A stretch of DNA of 64,000 nucleotides, taken from assembly GCA_963666485.2 (NCBI GenBank), contig CAXXUO010000001.1:448001-512000 (forward strand), written 5' to 3'. The position numbers and the translations under genes are program-made. Positions 38,655 to 48,735 of this stretch are shown piece by piece. Source of the stretch: Syntrophorhabdaceae bacterium (lineage in GTDB: Bacteria; Desulfobacterota; Syntrophorhabdia; Syntrophorhabdales; Syntrophorhabdaceae). Each line of letters starts with the position of its first letter. Positions within the stretch are counted from its first letter, which is position 1. Below the pieces are notes generated by a model. The model searched no databases. It was not told where the DNA came from and was given only the letters and a program-made list of their open reading frames with translations.

Positions 38655-39110
38655 TCACTGCTTCGCTTTACAGATATCTGCGATCAGCCTGTCGAGGATA
38701 GAACCGGCAGGGAACTTTTCCCACTTTTCGGCCACTGGCGAGGCGGAGTATGTGTGCAGGACCGCACCCGTGGCACTGTATGCAATGGAGCTTTGCATGC
38801 CGCACGCCAGCTTGTCGCAGTCGCAAGCGTAATTGAACATGTCGTAATTCCAGGAATCGTAGCTTTTCTTATAGGCTCCCTTCTTCTTTTCCTCGTCTAT
38901 CAATTCGCGGAGCTTCTCTTTTGTGTAGACGACCTTTACCCAGAAAACGACGATGCCCGTGCGGGTCCCGCTCAGACTTTCCTTATCGTAGTACCATTTT
39001 CCCGAATTGTCGGCATCAAGATACGTCCAGACATCCGCACCCGCATGTGTCGGGCACAGGCAAAAACAAAAAGTCAGGGCTAATAATGAAATTACGATGA
39101 TATGTTTCAA
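38655..39110 (-). CDS. secreted hypothetical protein (surface-adhesin-E-like)
   Basis: GAGGGGG RBS, signal peptide, W..YYD..S..V.FW..DC..W..PAGS..IC pattern. Confidence 0.7.
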   Translation of the reverse strand: MKHIIVISLLALTFCFCLCPTHAGADVWTYLDADNSGKWYYDKESLSGTRTGIVVFWVKVVYTKEKLRELIDEEKKKGAYKKSYDSWNYDMFNYACDCDKLACGMQSSIAYSATGAVLHTYSASPVAEKWEKFPAGSILDRLIADICKAKQ

Positions 39111-39180
39111 TTGTCTTCCCCCCTCGGATCTTTTGTGTATCCATGATACTTTTTTGCAGAAATAATATCAAGGAACGAAG

Positions 39181-40509
39181 CTATTTCAGGTCGGTGATCT
39201 TCAGGCTCCTCCATCCATGCACCGGGTCATGTGCCTGCCTCAGCCTGTCGTATATTTCCCGCTCTTCGGCCGAGCCTGCCGGCGGCGGTTCGTCCCCGGA
39301 CCTCTCGTACGCGTCCAGGACATCGTTTATCGTGATATCGTCGAAAGGCCGTGCCGGATGAAAACAATCCTTTCGCTTCTCATCGGCCACTTCGATGATG
39401 AGCCCCAAATCCTTCAGATTACCGAGGGCCTCTTCAACGAGTTTCACAGGCATTTGAAGGCGGCTCGCTATCTGCCGCGCCTCGAGCGGCCCTTCCCCGG
39501 ATTGAAAACGTTTCACGATCAGGTGAAATACCCTCACCATGAATAATTTTCGGGCCGCGTCCCCGATCCTTGCAAGGTCGGGATGGATACCGAAAGTGTC
39601 CGAATACTCTGCCGCGTGTGCGATCTCTGCCCCGAAAAGGACTATCATCCAGCTTATCTGGAGCCAGCCGAGAAAGAGCGGAATGGCCGCAAAAGTTCCG
39701 TAAATGGCACCATGTCCCGATATGGCCATCTGGATCTCGAGGTAAATGAATTGTATGACCTGGAACCCGGTGCCGGCAATGATCCCTGCGAGGAGACCGG
39801 AACGGACCGCGACCCGGGTGTTCGGCATGACGATGTAAAGCACGATAAGGAGTATCCAGGTGGCAATATACGGCAGGAGCTTGATAAGGACGATCATCTC
39901 TTTGCTCAGGGAGCCCAGGAATGATATTTCATTCGTGATGGACGTGAGCTGCCCGGTAATAACCACCGTTGCGCTCGCCGATACGGCAAAAAGGATCGGT
40001 ACCACAACGAGTATCGACATGTAATCGGAGAATTTCCTTATCAGGGTCCTGGCTTTTTTCACTTCCCAGATCCTGTTAAAGCTGTCCTCTATCCTTCCCA
40101 GGATCGATATGACCGTCCAGAGCAAAAGAACTATCCCGACACCGGCAATGATACCGCCACGGGCATGCTTCAGGAGGGAATTGGAGAATATCACGACCTG
40201 GTTCGCCATCTCGGGATCGAGGTGTGCCGTGTCGGCCATCTGCATGATATACCCCTGTATCACCCGCCGCAGGCCGAATCCCTTGGCAATGGCAAATACA
40301 ACGGCAACGAGTGGTATAAAATTGAGGACCGAATAATAGGTCAGGACCGATGCCGTCCGCAGGGAATCGTTTCGCCTGAAATTTCGCGCGGCCAGGATCA
40401 CCGTCCTCAGGTACCGGATAAAGAGCGCGTACAGGGCCGGAAGGTCACGCATCCTCACTTCCCAGATACCTTTTTTCAGAAAATCGGTGAGCCTGGCGAT
40501 GTGTCCCAT
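39181..40509 (-). CDS. YihY/BrkB family membrane protein with C-terminal wHTH
   Basis: ASVLTYYSVL..P, IEDSFNRIW, YIVMPN, IYGTFAAIPLFLGW..GAE; start 40509 inferred. Confidence 0.9.
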   Translation of the reverse strand: MGHIARLTDFLKKGIWEVRMRDLPALYALFIRYLRTVILAARNFRRNDSLRTASVLTYYSVLNFIPLVAVVFAIAKGFGLRRVIQGYIMQMADTAHLDPEMANQVVIFSNSLLKHARGGIIAGVGIVLLLWTVISILGRIEDSFNRIWEVKKARTLIRKFSDYMSILVVVPILFAVSASATVVITGQLTSITNEISFLGSLSKEMIVLIKLLPYIATWILLIVLYIVMPNTRVAVRSGLLAGIIAGTGFQVIQFIYLEIQMAISGHGAIYGTFAAIPLFLGWLQISWMIVLFGAEIAHAAEYSDTFGIHPDLARIGDAARKLFMVRVFHLIVKRFQSGEGPLEARQIASRLQMPVKLVEEALGNLKDLGLIIEVADEKRKDCFHPARPFDDITINDVLDAYERSGDEPPPAGSAEEREIYDRLRQAHDPVHGWRSLKITDLK

Positions 40510-40727
40510 TTCCCATACTTTTTCATATCTGCCGGGAACAATCAAACCATTTGTCATAAATCCCCGGTACCGCGACAAAACGCTCGCGGCAAAAGCACTG
40601 CCGGCGCGTGTCGGCGCCTCCCCTTTAAATTTGCCGTGTACGATGCCTTTAGGCTAAAGTACTGTTTTACAACCGTGTTACGCGCGCCGCACATTGACAG
40701 GCATCGCCGCTTGCCCCATGTTTAGAC

Positions 40728-41675
40728 ATGGGAATGACGAACATCCAGGCGGCCCGGCCGCTCATTCTCCGGCTCAGCCTTTTTTTCGCCCTCTCCCGGA
40801 CCCCGCACTGTCTTATCGACCTTGCCACGCCGGTCCTTACGGCCATATTGTGTTATGGGGGTTTCCCGCCCGGGCGCGTCCTGTGGCTCGGGATAGTGAC
40901 GGCGTTTGCAGGATATACGAGCGTGTATGCGTTAAACGATCTTGTGGATTATCATGCGGACCGCGAGCGCTTCCTCCGTAAGCTCACGTCTTCGGGCCCT
41001 GTCGACCTCGATTCGATCTTTGCGCGACATCCCGTAGCGTCGGGCCGCCTGTCGCTGATCGATGCGGCGATATGGGCGGCGGCCTGGGGAGTCATCGCGG
41101 TCATCGGGGCATTGATATTGAATCCCCTGTGCATTGTGATCTTTCTCGCGGCATGCTGCCTCGAGGCTTTGTATTGCCAGGCATGGCAAACGAGCTGCCT
41201 CAAGGTCTTCGTGAGCGGGGCGGTAAAGACGGCGGGGCCCCTTGCCGCCATATACGCCGTCGATCCTGAACCATCCCCATCATTTGTCGCCATCGTCTTC
41301 TTCTGGCTCTTCCTCTGGGAGGTCGGGGGACAGAACATACCCAACGACTGGTCCGATATAGACGAGGACACACGGATGGACGCCTCGACCTTCCCCGTTC
41401 GTTTTGGAACGTCGCTCAGCGCCGACATCGTGCTCGGGTGCCTCTACCTCGCGTTGTGCCTCGGTGCCGTGGCCGTCAATTCATCCCGGGTACCCCATAG
41501 TTTCATCTCCACGCTCCTGTCGATCGCTGCCGCGATGTACCTCCTCATATTCCCGGCATTGAAGCTCAACAGGACACAGGGCAAAGCTGACGCGCTCTCC
41601 CTCTTCAACAGGGCTTCATATTACCCGGCGGCCATGCTCCTGTTTGTCAGTGCGGGATGCCTTCGCGGACCTTGA
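40728..41675 (+). CDS. UbiA family prenyltransferase
   Basis: YALNDLVDYHAD..RHPVASG and PNDWSDIDED Asp-rich motifs; multi-TM. Confidence 0.9.
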   Translation: MGMTNIQAARPLILRLSLFFALSRTPHCLIDLATPVLTAILCYGGFPPGRVLWLGIVTAFAGYTSVYALNDLVDYHADRERFLRKLTSSGPVDLDSIFARHPVASGRLSLIDAAIWAAAWGVIAVIGALILNPLCIVIFLAACCLEALYCQAWQTSCLKVFVSGAVKTAGPLAAIYAVDPEPSPSFVAIVFFWLFLWEVGGQNIPNDWSDIDEDTRMDASTFPVRFGTSLSADIVLGCLYLALCLGAVAVNSSRVPHSFISTLLSIAAAMYLLIFPALKLNRTQGKADALSLFNRASYYPAAMLLFVSAGCLRGP

Positions 41676-41704
41676 ACGAGGGTGGGCTTGAAAGGACGCG
41701 ACAC

Positions 41705-42448
41705 ATGAAAGAGATAGACCGGGCCGGGCTTGCAGCAAACAACGGTACCAACGGAAAGCCCCTCTGGGTGGCTTACGAGGGGAAGGTCTTCGACCTGTCG
41801 GAAAGCGTCCTGTGGGAAGGCGGCGAACACATGGGGAGCCATAACGCCGGGGGGGACCTGACCGAAGAACTGGGAGGGGCCCCTCACGGGCCTGAAATGC
41901 TCGAACGTTTCCCGCAGATCGGGATACTGAGGGATAGAAATGGTCTCCATGCCGAAAAGGAGCCCTCTCCGAAAGAGGGGGCATCTGCGCGCTCCCTGCC
42001 CGATCTTTTCACCCGGTTCCCGATATTGAAGAGGCATCCTCACCCGATGACGGTCCATTTCCCGATCGTCCTTGGCATATTTGCGCCGCTCCTTATCATC
42101 CTTTTTTTCATTTTTGACAATCCCGGGTTCGAACTTGCGTCCTTCTACTGTCTCGGGGCAGGCCTTGTTTTCATCCCGGTCGCCATGATAACCGGGTACA
42201 TCGCCTGGCGGGTCAATTACGGCCGCCCGATACGGGCCGTCACGATCAAGAAGGCTCTTTCGGTCGTACTCCTTCTGCTCGATGTTGCAGCGTTTGCCTG
42301 GCGCTTTGCGGACCCCGGCATATCACGGCATATCACGGGGGCCGGCGCCTTCTATTTTGTCCTTGTTCTCCTTCTCATGCCGATCGTTGCCGTGACCGGG
42401 TGGTACGGGGCAACACTGACATTCCCCTTAGCAAAGCCAAAAAGGTAA
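41705..42448 (+). CDS. cytochrome b5-like domain + DUF2231 membrane domain protein
   Basis: WVAYEGKVFDLS..WEGGEHMGSH.AG.DLT..APH; HPMTVHFPI followed by four TM helices. Confidence 0.88.
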   Translation: MKEIDRAGLAANNGTNGKPLWVAYEGKVFDLSESVLWEGGEHMGSHNAGGDLTEELGGAPHGPEMLERFPQIGILRDRNGLHAEKEPSPKEGASARSLPDLFTRFPILKRHPHPMTVHFPIVLGIFAPLLIILFFIFDNPGFELASFYCLGAGLVFIPVAMITGYIAWRVNYGRPIRAVTIKKALSVVLLLLDVAAFAWRFADPGISRHITGAGAFYFVLVLLLMPIVAVTGWYGATLTFPLAKPKR

Positions 42449-42454
42449 AGACAG

Positions 42455-43201
42455 GTGGAAACCGGCGGGCTCGTTGATTTCGGATTTGAAAAGGTATCGA
42501 AGCCGGAGAAAGAGCGCCTCGTCAAAGAGCATTTCGAGACCATTGCCCACAGGTATGACCTTGCAAACACTATCGCGAGCTTCGGGATGCATTATCTCTG
42601 GAAACGCGAGGCGGTCCGTTTTCTTGAACTCAAACCCGGTGAAAAGGTGATCGATGTCTGCGGGGGCACCGGTGACCTTGCCGTGCTCATGAAGCGCAAG
42701 GTGGGATGCCCGGGCCTTGTCGTCCTTGCCGACATAAACGGGCCCATGATACGCGCAGGGAGGTACAAATCGACACATGCCGCCGAGCGGAAAAAGATCG
42801 TGTATGTTCAGAGCGATGCGGAGGGCATCGCCATAAGGTCCTCGTCCTTCGACGCCGCCATTGCAGGTTTCGGGATACGGAACCTTGTTGATATGCGCAC
42901 AGGCCTTAAGGAAATACACCGGCTGCTGCGGCCGGGAGGCCGCTTTGTCTGCCTCGAGTTCTCGCACCCCGAAAAGGCCTGGTTCCGCAAGGTGTATGAC
43001 ATGTATTCATTCCGGGTCATGCCGCATCTCACCCGTGCGGTCCTCGGGTCCCGGAAGCCTTTCCTGCACCTGTCGGAATCGATCCGGGTCTTCCCCGGTC
43101 CCGATGAATTCTCCGGCTATCTTGCCGGGGCGGGTTTCCGGAATATCGCATACCGCCTCCTCACAAACGGCATTGTGGCCGTGCACAGGGGAGAAAAGTA
43201 G
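42455..43201 (+). CDS. ubiE: UbiE/MenG family quinone methyltransferase
   Basis: DFGF..V..HF..IA.RYDLAN..SFG.H..WK, DVCGGTGD, FGIRN, LEFS, LSESI..FP. Confidence 0.9.
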   Translation: METGGLVDFGFEKVSKPEKERLVKEHFETIAHRYDLANTIASFGMHYLWKREAVRFLELKPGEKVIDVCGGTGDLAVLMKRKVGCPGLVVLADINGPMIRAGRYKSTHAAERKKIVYVQSDAEGIAIRSSSFDAAIAGFGIRNLVDMRTGLKEIHRLLRPGGRFVCLEFSHPEKAWFRKVYDMYSFRVMPHLTRAVLGSRKPFLHLSESIRVFPGPDEFSGYLAGAGFRNIAYRLLTNGIVAVHRGEK

Positions 43202-43807
43202 ATGAAGCTCAACTGGGCCGAACGGTGGGTGGTGAACAACCCTTTACGGGTCATCGAGCAGCGCATCGAAATTGGAAAACTTGTGCGGGCAATGCCGCTT
43301 CGCCCCGGGTCTCAGTGCCTCGAGATAGGCGGCGGCAGGGGGGCGGCGGCAAAGATCATACTCGAGTCATTTCGGCCGGCGTCTCTGACGGTGACCGACC
43401 TTGATCCCGAGATGCTCGATCGGGCGGTCAGGTTCATTCCGGGTGATATCAGGGGTGAAGTGGCGCTCGCTGCGGCCGACGGGCATGACCTTCCCTTCCG
43501 CGACGGCTCGATGGACGCTATCTTCTGTTTCGGCGTGCTCCACCATATACCCGACTGGAGGGGCGCGCTCGGCGAGATCGAACGGGTTTTAAAGACGGGC
43601 GGCCGCTTTTTCTTCGAAGAGCTCTACCCCGGCGTATATCAGAATTTCATTACCCGGCACATCCTCGCCCACCCGGAGCACGACCGCTTTCAGGGACGGG
43701 ACCTTCTTCATGCAATGCACCGCCTCAGGCTCTCTCTCGCGTGGTCGAGGGAGTTTAAGCACCTCGGCATCCTCGGTATCGCCGTCAAGAACGGGGCCCG
43801 TCGGTAG
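43202..43807 (+). CDS. class I SAM-dependent methyltransferase
   Basis: LEIGGGRG, DLDPEM, LPFRDGSMD, VLHH, RVLKTGG. Confidence 0.9.
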   Translation: MKLNWAERWVVNNPLRVIEQRIEIGKLVRAMPLRPGSQCLEIGGGRGAAAKIILESFRPASLTVTDLDPEMLDRAVRFIPGDIRGEVALAAADGHDLPFRDGSMDAIFCFGVLHHIPDWRGALGEIERVLKTGGRFFFEELYPGVYQNFITRHILAHPEHDRFQGRDLLHAMHRLRLSLAWSREFKHLGILGIAVKNGARR

Positions 43808-43922
43808 GGCGCTCCCCCATCCCGTTTTTCTTACTTTCCTCTTTTGAACAGCCCCAAATAATGATAAATAATCCCGAAGCCGGATTTAAGGCCAGACCGA
43901 AAATACCGCCGGAGGAGATAGT

Positions 43923-44750
43923 ATGAAAACGCCCCGCTGCCATACACGAAAAAGACTGAGCGCGATCGCCCTGGCGATGTGCGTGATATCCCTCGCACTG
44001 TCGGGGACGCCGTCGGCCACCTTGGCGGAAGGCCCCGGTACCATCCTCGACATGACGTATGCCTATGATTCGCAGACAATTTACTGGCCCAACGCCTCAC
44101 CTTTCACATTGTCACCGGAATTTAACGGGATGACCGAGGGCGGCTACTGGTATTCGGCGAATTTCTATTCCGCCTCTGAACACGGGGGGACCCATGCCGA
44201 TGCTCCAAAGCATTTTTCCCGGAACGGCCGAACCATAGACCAGGTCCCGCTTGCCGAATGGATCGGCCCCGCGGTGAAGATCGACGCGACCCGGCAATGC
44301 TCCGGCGACCGCGACTACCTCCTTTCCGTCGATGATATCCTCGCCTGGGAAAAGAAGCATGGCCGGATCCCCGACGGGTCATGGGTCGTCATGTATACGG
44401 GGATAGGGACACGCTTCTATCCCGATCCCAAAAAGGTCCTGGGAACCGACAAAAAAGGCCTGCCCGCACTGCCTGAGCTCTCCTTCCCCGGTTTTTCCCC
44501 GCAATCCGCAGAATTTTTGACGAGGGAGCGGAACATCCGGGGCATAGCGCTCGACACCCCGAGTATCGATTACGGAAGGTCGAAAGATTTCATGGTCCAT
44601 CGCATTATGTGCGCCGCAGACAGGCTGGCCCTCGAAAATATTGCGAACCTGGACAAGCTCCCGGCGACCGGCGCGGTCCTCTACGTTATCCCGATGTCGA
44701 TAAAGGGCGGGTCGGGCGCGCCGGCGCGCGTTTTCGCCATCCTGCCTTAG
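43923..44750 (+). CDS. cyclase family (KynB-like) metal hydrolase with signal peptide
   Basis: SEHGGTHADAPKHF, FPG, DTPSID, ENIANL, GGSGAPARV. Confidence 0.9.
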   Translation: MKTPRCHTRKRLSAIALAMCVISLALSGTPSATLAEGPGTILDMTYAYDSQTIYWPNASPFTLSPEFNGMTEGGYWYSANFYSASEHGGTHADAPKHFSRNGRTIDQVPLAEWIGPAVKIDATRQCSGDRDYLLSVDDILAWEKKHGRIPDGSWVVMYTGIGTRFYPDPKKVLGTDKKGLPALPELSFPGFSPQSAEFLTRERNIRGIALDTPSIDYGRSKDFMVHRIMCAADRLALENIANLDKLPATGAVLYVIPMSIKGGSGAPARVFAILP

Positions 44751-44791
44751 CCCTTGCGCCTTACGGCGCGAAGGGTTCTTGCCGGTTCACG

Positions 44792-46183
44792 CTATATCGC
44801 GCTCTTCCTCGGAATGCCGTACTGTTCCATTTTTTTATTGAGGGTGGGGCGGGACATGCCGAGGGCCTTGCAGACATTCCCGTAATGCCAGCGGTTCTTT
44901 TCAAGAGCCTGCAGGATGAGGTCCTTTTCGCTTGCCGTACGCCTGCCCGGTGTCCCGCTTTCGTTCACCGGGACCGGCGCATTCGTCCTTTCCGCCTCTT
45001 CGATGAGCGGGGCGACCGAAGAATCGAGGATGATATCCCCCTGTGTATACATGGCGGCCCGGGTCAGGATATTTTCCAGTTCACGGACATTGCCCGGCCA
45101 TGAATACTCCATCATCCTCCGCAACGCCTTCTTCTCGATCTGTTCGATCCCTTTTCCCAGGTCGCGGTTTATCTTCTTCAGGACATACTCAGTGATCAGG
45201 GGAATGTCGTCGCTGCGCTCCCGCAGGGGCGGGACTTTGACGGAGGCCACGTTGAGCCGGTAGAAGAGGTCCTCCCGGAACTTCCCCTCTTTTACCATCA
45301 CCGCGAGGTCCCTGTTCGTGGCGGCGATCACGCGGGCGTTGGAATGTATCGACCTTTCGGAGCCGACCCTGTGGAATTCTTTCTGCTGGAGAAATCTCAA
45401 AAGCTTCGTCTGCAATTCCATGGGTATCTCCCCGATCTCGTCGAGGAGGATCGTCCCGTTCGAAGCGAGCTCGAATTTGCCCTTCTTTGTCGATATGGCC
45501 CCGGTAAAAGCCCCTTTTTCATGGCCGAACAGCTCGCTCTCAAGCAGTCCCTCCACAATGGCGCCGCAGTTTATAGCCATGAACGGCTCGTCCTTGCGCG
45601 GGCCGTGAAAATGTATCGCCCGGGCAACAAGTTCTTTTCCCGTTCCCGTCTCGCCCTCGATAAGGACCGTCACGCGGTTCCCCGAGAGCAGCCCGATGCT
45701 CTTGAAGATCTCCTTCATTTCCCGCGTCTTGCCTATGATGTCCCCCTCTTCGAAATCACGCGGGGGGCTGGCGCGTAGACCGCCCGGGCGCGTCCGGGAG
45801 AGGTCGATCGCCCTTTGTATCGCTGCCTCGAGATCGTCAACATCTATCGGCTTGGGGATGTAATCGAACGCGCCGAATTTCATCGCGCGTATGGTCGTTT
45901 CCATGTCGTGAAAGGCCGTGATGATAATAACGTGGGGAGGGTTCTTCCTGCGCTTTATCTCCCGAAGGATATCGAGGCCGTTCATATCGGGGAGCCTCAC
46001 ATCGAGGACCACGACCCGGGGATCGGCCTCATCGAGCTGCTTTAAGCATTCCCGGCCGTTCACGGCACACACGATGTCATAACCCTTTTCAGAAAGGTAA
46101 ACCTCGAGAAGCTCCAGGGAAGACGGCTCATCATCGACGATGAGCACGCGCGCTGATCTATGGGCCGGATCGGTTTTCGTCAT
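44792..46183 (-). CDS. sigma54-dependent response regulator (NtrC/AtoC family)
   Basis: receiver domain, GETGTGKE, ESELFGHEKGAFTGA, FREDLFYRLN, WPGNVREL, C-terminal HTH. Confidence 0.96.
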   Translation of the reverse strand: MTKTDPAHRSARVLIVDDEPSSLELLEVYLSEKGYDIVCAVNGRECLKQLDEADPRVVVLDVRLPDMNGLDILREIKRRKNPPHVIIITAFHDMETTIRAMKFGAFDYIPKPIDVDDLEAAIQRAIDLSRTRPGGLRASPPRDFEEGDIIGKTREMKEIFKSIGLLSGNRVTVLIEGETGTGKELVARAIHFHGPRKDEPFMAINCGAIVEGLLESELFGHEKGAFTGAISTKKGKFELASNGTILLDEIGEIPMELQTKLLRFLQQKEFHRVGSERSIHSNARVIAATNRDLAVMVKEGKFREDLFYRLNVASVKVPPLRERSDDIPLITEYVLKKINRDLGKGIEQIEKKALRRMMEYSWPGNVRELENILTRAAMYTQGDIILDSSVAPLIEEAERTNAPVPVNESGTPGRRTASEKDLILQALEKNRWHYGNVCKALGMSRPTLNKKMEQYGIPRKSAI

Positions 46184-47700
46184 TTCTCCGGTACCGCGGG
46201 TATGGTGAAGACTGCGCGGGTCCCGGCCGGTTCAGCCGGTACGATCTCGATCTTCCCCCCGTGGGCCTCGATTATCTTTTTTGCATTCGCAAGGCCAAGG
46301 CCGGTCCCTTTGGTCTTTCGCGTGAAGAAAGGATCGAATATAAAGGGCATGCTCCCGGGCTCGATGCCATGCCCGTTGTCCGTGATGTGGACGGCGAGAT
46401 CATGGGTACCCCGTACGCGTTTGATGGCGATATCGATCCGCCCTTCCCTGTCGACCGCCTCGACGGCGTTGAGCAGGAGGTTTATAACCACCTGCTCCAT
46501 CTTCCCGGGGTCCATAGTGACGAGGGGCAGTTTGCCGGGAAATTTTCGGGTCACCGTGATCCCTTTTTCGAGGATCTTCGCCTCTATGGCTTCGAGGCTC
46601 GACCTGATAAGGGCAGCGAGCGACCCCGTCTGAAGGGCGAACCTCATCGGTTTCGCAAAATCGAGCATCTCCGAGACGATCATGTTGAGCCGGCCCACCT
46701 CCTGCGACAGGATCTCGAGGCGCCGCTTTTCATTCCCTTTGAAGGAATGGCTCTTGAGGAGCATCTGGATGCTCATCCGGGCAGCTGAAAGGGGGTTGCG
46801 GATCTCATGGGCCAGGCTCGCCGTTATCTCCCCGATGTGTGCGAGGTTTTCTGCCTCCCGGACCCGCTTCTCTATCTCCAGCCGTTCAGTTATATCCCGG
46901 CAGATGCCGAGTGCGGCCTGCTTTCCTTCATACACGGTCAGGACCACCTTGTTCTCAGTGGGAAGCGACGTGCCGTCCCTGTGCCTGCGGTAATACACGT
47001 AATGTTCCCGGGCCTTTCCGGCCTCTATCCTGCTCTCATAGGTCTTCGTTACCTCCTCGAGGGATTCCGGGGCAACGAAATCCGTGTATGGCCGCCCGAC
47101 GACCTCGTCCACGGTATACCCGTGCATACTGGCGAATGCCTTGTTGGAGAAGACGATCTTCCCATCCTGGTTCACAAAATAGCCATCACGTATCTCCTCG
47201 ACCAGGGTACGGTATTTCGCTTCCGACTCGGCGAGTTCCCGTGTCCTGTCCCGGACCTTGATCTCGAGCATCTGGGCATAATTGCGGATCTCTTTCTCCG
47301 ACAGGGCCTGGAAGAAATCGCTGAACAGGTGGATGGTGTAGTCGAGGCACACCTGGACCCGGTCGATGGCGGCAATCGTTTCCGGTACGGAACCGGACAT
47401 TTCCTTGACGATCCGGGGCATCGCGAGGTAGCCGAACATCTCGAATGCCTTCTGCACTTCGGACAGGGTGAACCCCGCCTTGAAGCGGAATTCGCCTATC
47501 TCCTGCACGACGTCGTCTATCCGGGAATAATCGTTGAAAACAAGCGCATTGTAATACGCCTCGTACGCGGCATTGATCGTCTGCTCATATTCCTCGACGG
47601 GACGGCTCGAGTACCGGGGGCTCACCTCAGACCTCAGCCGTCGTTTCCACTCACGCACGATCGCGCCATGATGCCTGTCGAGAAACTGCTTAAAATCCAT
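46180..47700 (-). CDS. cytoplasmic sensor histidine kinase (RsbRD-N-like + PAS)
   Basis: GGAG RBS before ATG 47700; GF.LSEVQKAF, PAS, LAHEIRNPL, NLLLNA, FFTRKTKGTGLGL; overlaps regulator start. Confidence 0.92.
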   Translation of the reverse strand: MDFKQFLDRHHGAIVREWKRRLRSEVSPRYSSRPVEEYEQTINAAYEAYYNALVFNDYSRIDDVVQEIGEFRFKAGFTLSEVQKAFEMFGYLAMPRIVKEMSGSVPETIAAIDRVQVCLDYTIHLFSDFFQALSEKEIRNYAQMLEIKVRDRTRELAESEAKYRTLVEEIRDGYFVNQDGKIVFSNKAFASMHGYTVDEVVGRPYTDFVAPESLEEVTKTYESRIEAGKAREHYVYYRRHRDGTSLPTENKVVLTVYEGKQAALGICRDITERLEIEKRVREAENLAHIGEITASLAHEIRNPLSAARMSIQMLLKSHSFKGNEKRRLEILSQEVGRLNMIVSEMLDFAKPMRFALQTGSLAALIRSSLEAIEAKILEKGITVTRKFPGKLPLVTMDPGKMEQVVINLLLNAVEAVDREGRIDIAIKRVRGTHDLAVHITDNGHGIEPGSMPFIFDPFFTRKTKGTGLGLANAKKIIEAHGGKIEIVPAEPAGTRAVFTIPAVPEK

Positions 47701-47716
47701 TTTTACTCCGTAAAAA

Positions 47717-47818
47717 TGTTCCAGGTTCCACGTTCCACGTTCCACGTTAAAAACTGATTGCGAAAACCGGACCATGGGATTTTTAAGCGTGGAACTTGAA
47801 ACGTGGAACGTGGAACTC
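47717..47818. repeat. inverted pair of (GTTCCAC)n heptamer arrays
   Basis: GTTCCAGGTTCCACGTTCCACGTTCCACGTT mirrored by CGTGGAACTTGAAACGTGGAACGTGGAAC. Confidence 0.88.
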
Positions 47819-47868
47819 TATTCTTTTGCGATAATACCATTCGCTATTCTTTCCGTAAAGTACTTTGG

Positions 47869-48735
47869 TCAATCGGGCGGGTCAATTCCGAGGATGCGCC
47901 GCAGGGCTTGCAGTTGAACACCTTCGAGCGTCCCTCTGCTTTCTGCCATCTGCAAAGCCATTTTTGAAAGGGCCATGTATATCTCCCTGTGGAGCGGCAT
48001 ATCGGACATTGCCTCAAGGTGGGCGGCCACCGTCTTGTCGTCCCCGCGCACGATGGGGCCCGTGAGCGCATCGACCGGGCCTTTTGTTTCGATATTCTTC
48101 ATCGTGGCGCGTATGATCGGTATGAAAGGCTCAAAATCGATGTCGATCCTTTTCATAACGCCTTCTCCCGCCTGCATAAGAGCGGACAGGAGATTGCATA
48201 CAAAGACCGCGGCCAGGTGGTAGTAGACCTTGTCCTCGCCTGCGACGACATACACCTTCGCCCCGAGGTTCTCCCCGAGGAAACGAAGCGCCTCGCGCGC
48301 CCTGTCATCTCCTTCGATAAAAATACTGGTATCGGGCAGGACATCGATGGCACTTTCGATGTCGGGAAAGGTCTGGAGAGGGTGAAGCGACCCTATGCTT
48401 GCGCCCTTCGCTTCGAGCGGTGAAAGCACCGTGGACGGGTCGGCGCCGCTCGTATGAAAAAAGAGCTTTCCCCGGATGTCTGACACCCTGTCGGCGACAG
48501 ACTGCGCCGCCTCTCCTATGAGCCTGTCCTGCACCGCTATCGCTATAACGTCGCACGCATCGACGATCTCAATGTTATGGAGAGTGTAAAGCGTGTCCGC
48601 CCCTAAGAATCCCCGCGCCCTGTCGAGGGCCCCCCTGTTTACGTCGGAGATCCCGACAACATCGATCCCGTTGCTCCTGAGCACATACCCCAGCGAGATC
48701 CCGACTTTGCCTGCCCCAATGATCCCGATCTTCAT
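47869..48735 (-). CDS. Rossmann-like + DUF2520 oxidoreductase (PanG-like)
   Basis: IGAGKVG, HTSGA, LHPLQTF, YHLAAVFVCN, ALTGPIVRGD..H. Confidence 0.9.
   Translation of the reverse strand: MKIGIIGAGKVGISLGYVLRSNGIDVVGISDVNRGALDRARGFLGADTLYTLHNIEIVDACDVIAIAVQDRLIGEAAQSVADRVSDIRGKLFFHTSGADPSTVLSPLEAKGASIGSLHPLQTFPDIESAIDVLPDTSIFIEGDDRAREALRFLGENLGAKVYVVAGEDKVYYHLAAVFVCNLLSALMQAGEGVMKRIDIDFEPFIPIIRATMKNIETKGPVDALTGPIVRGDDKTVAAHLEAMSDMPLHREIYMALSKMALQMAESRGTLEGVQLQALRRILGIDPPD

Noticed and set aside
36830..39110. Integron cassette array or prophage remnant around the Fic gene
   Set aside because: No attC-like sites, integrase or phage genes, and gene orientations are mixed.
40700..40716. Possible sigma54 promoter upstream of the UbiA gene (GGCATCGCCGCTTGC)
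   Set aside because: GG-to-GC spacing is 11 nt rather than the required 10.
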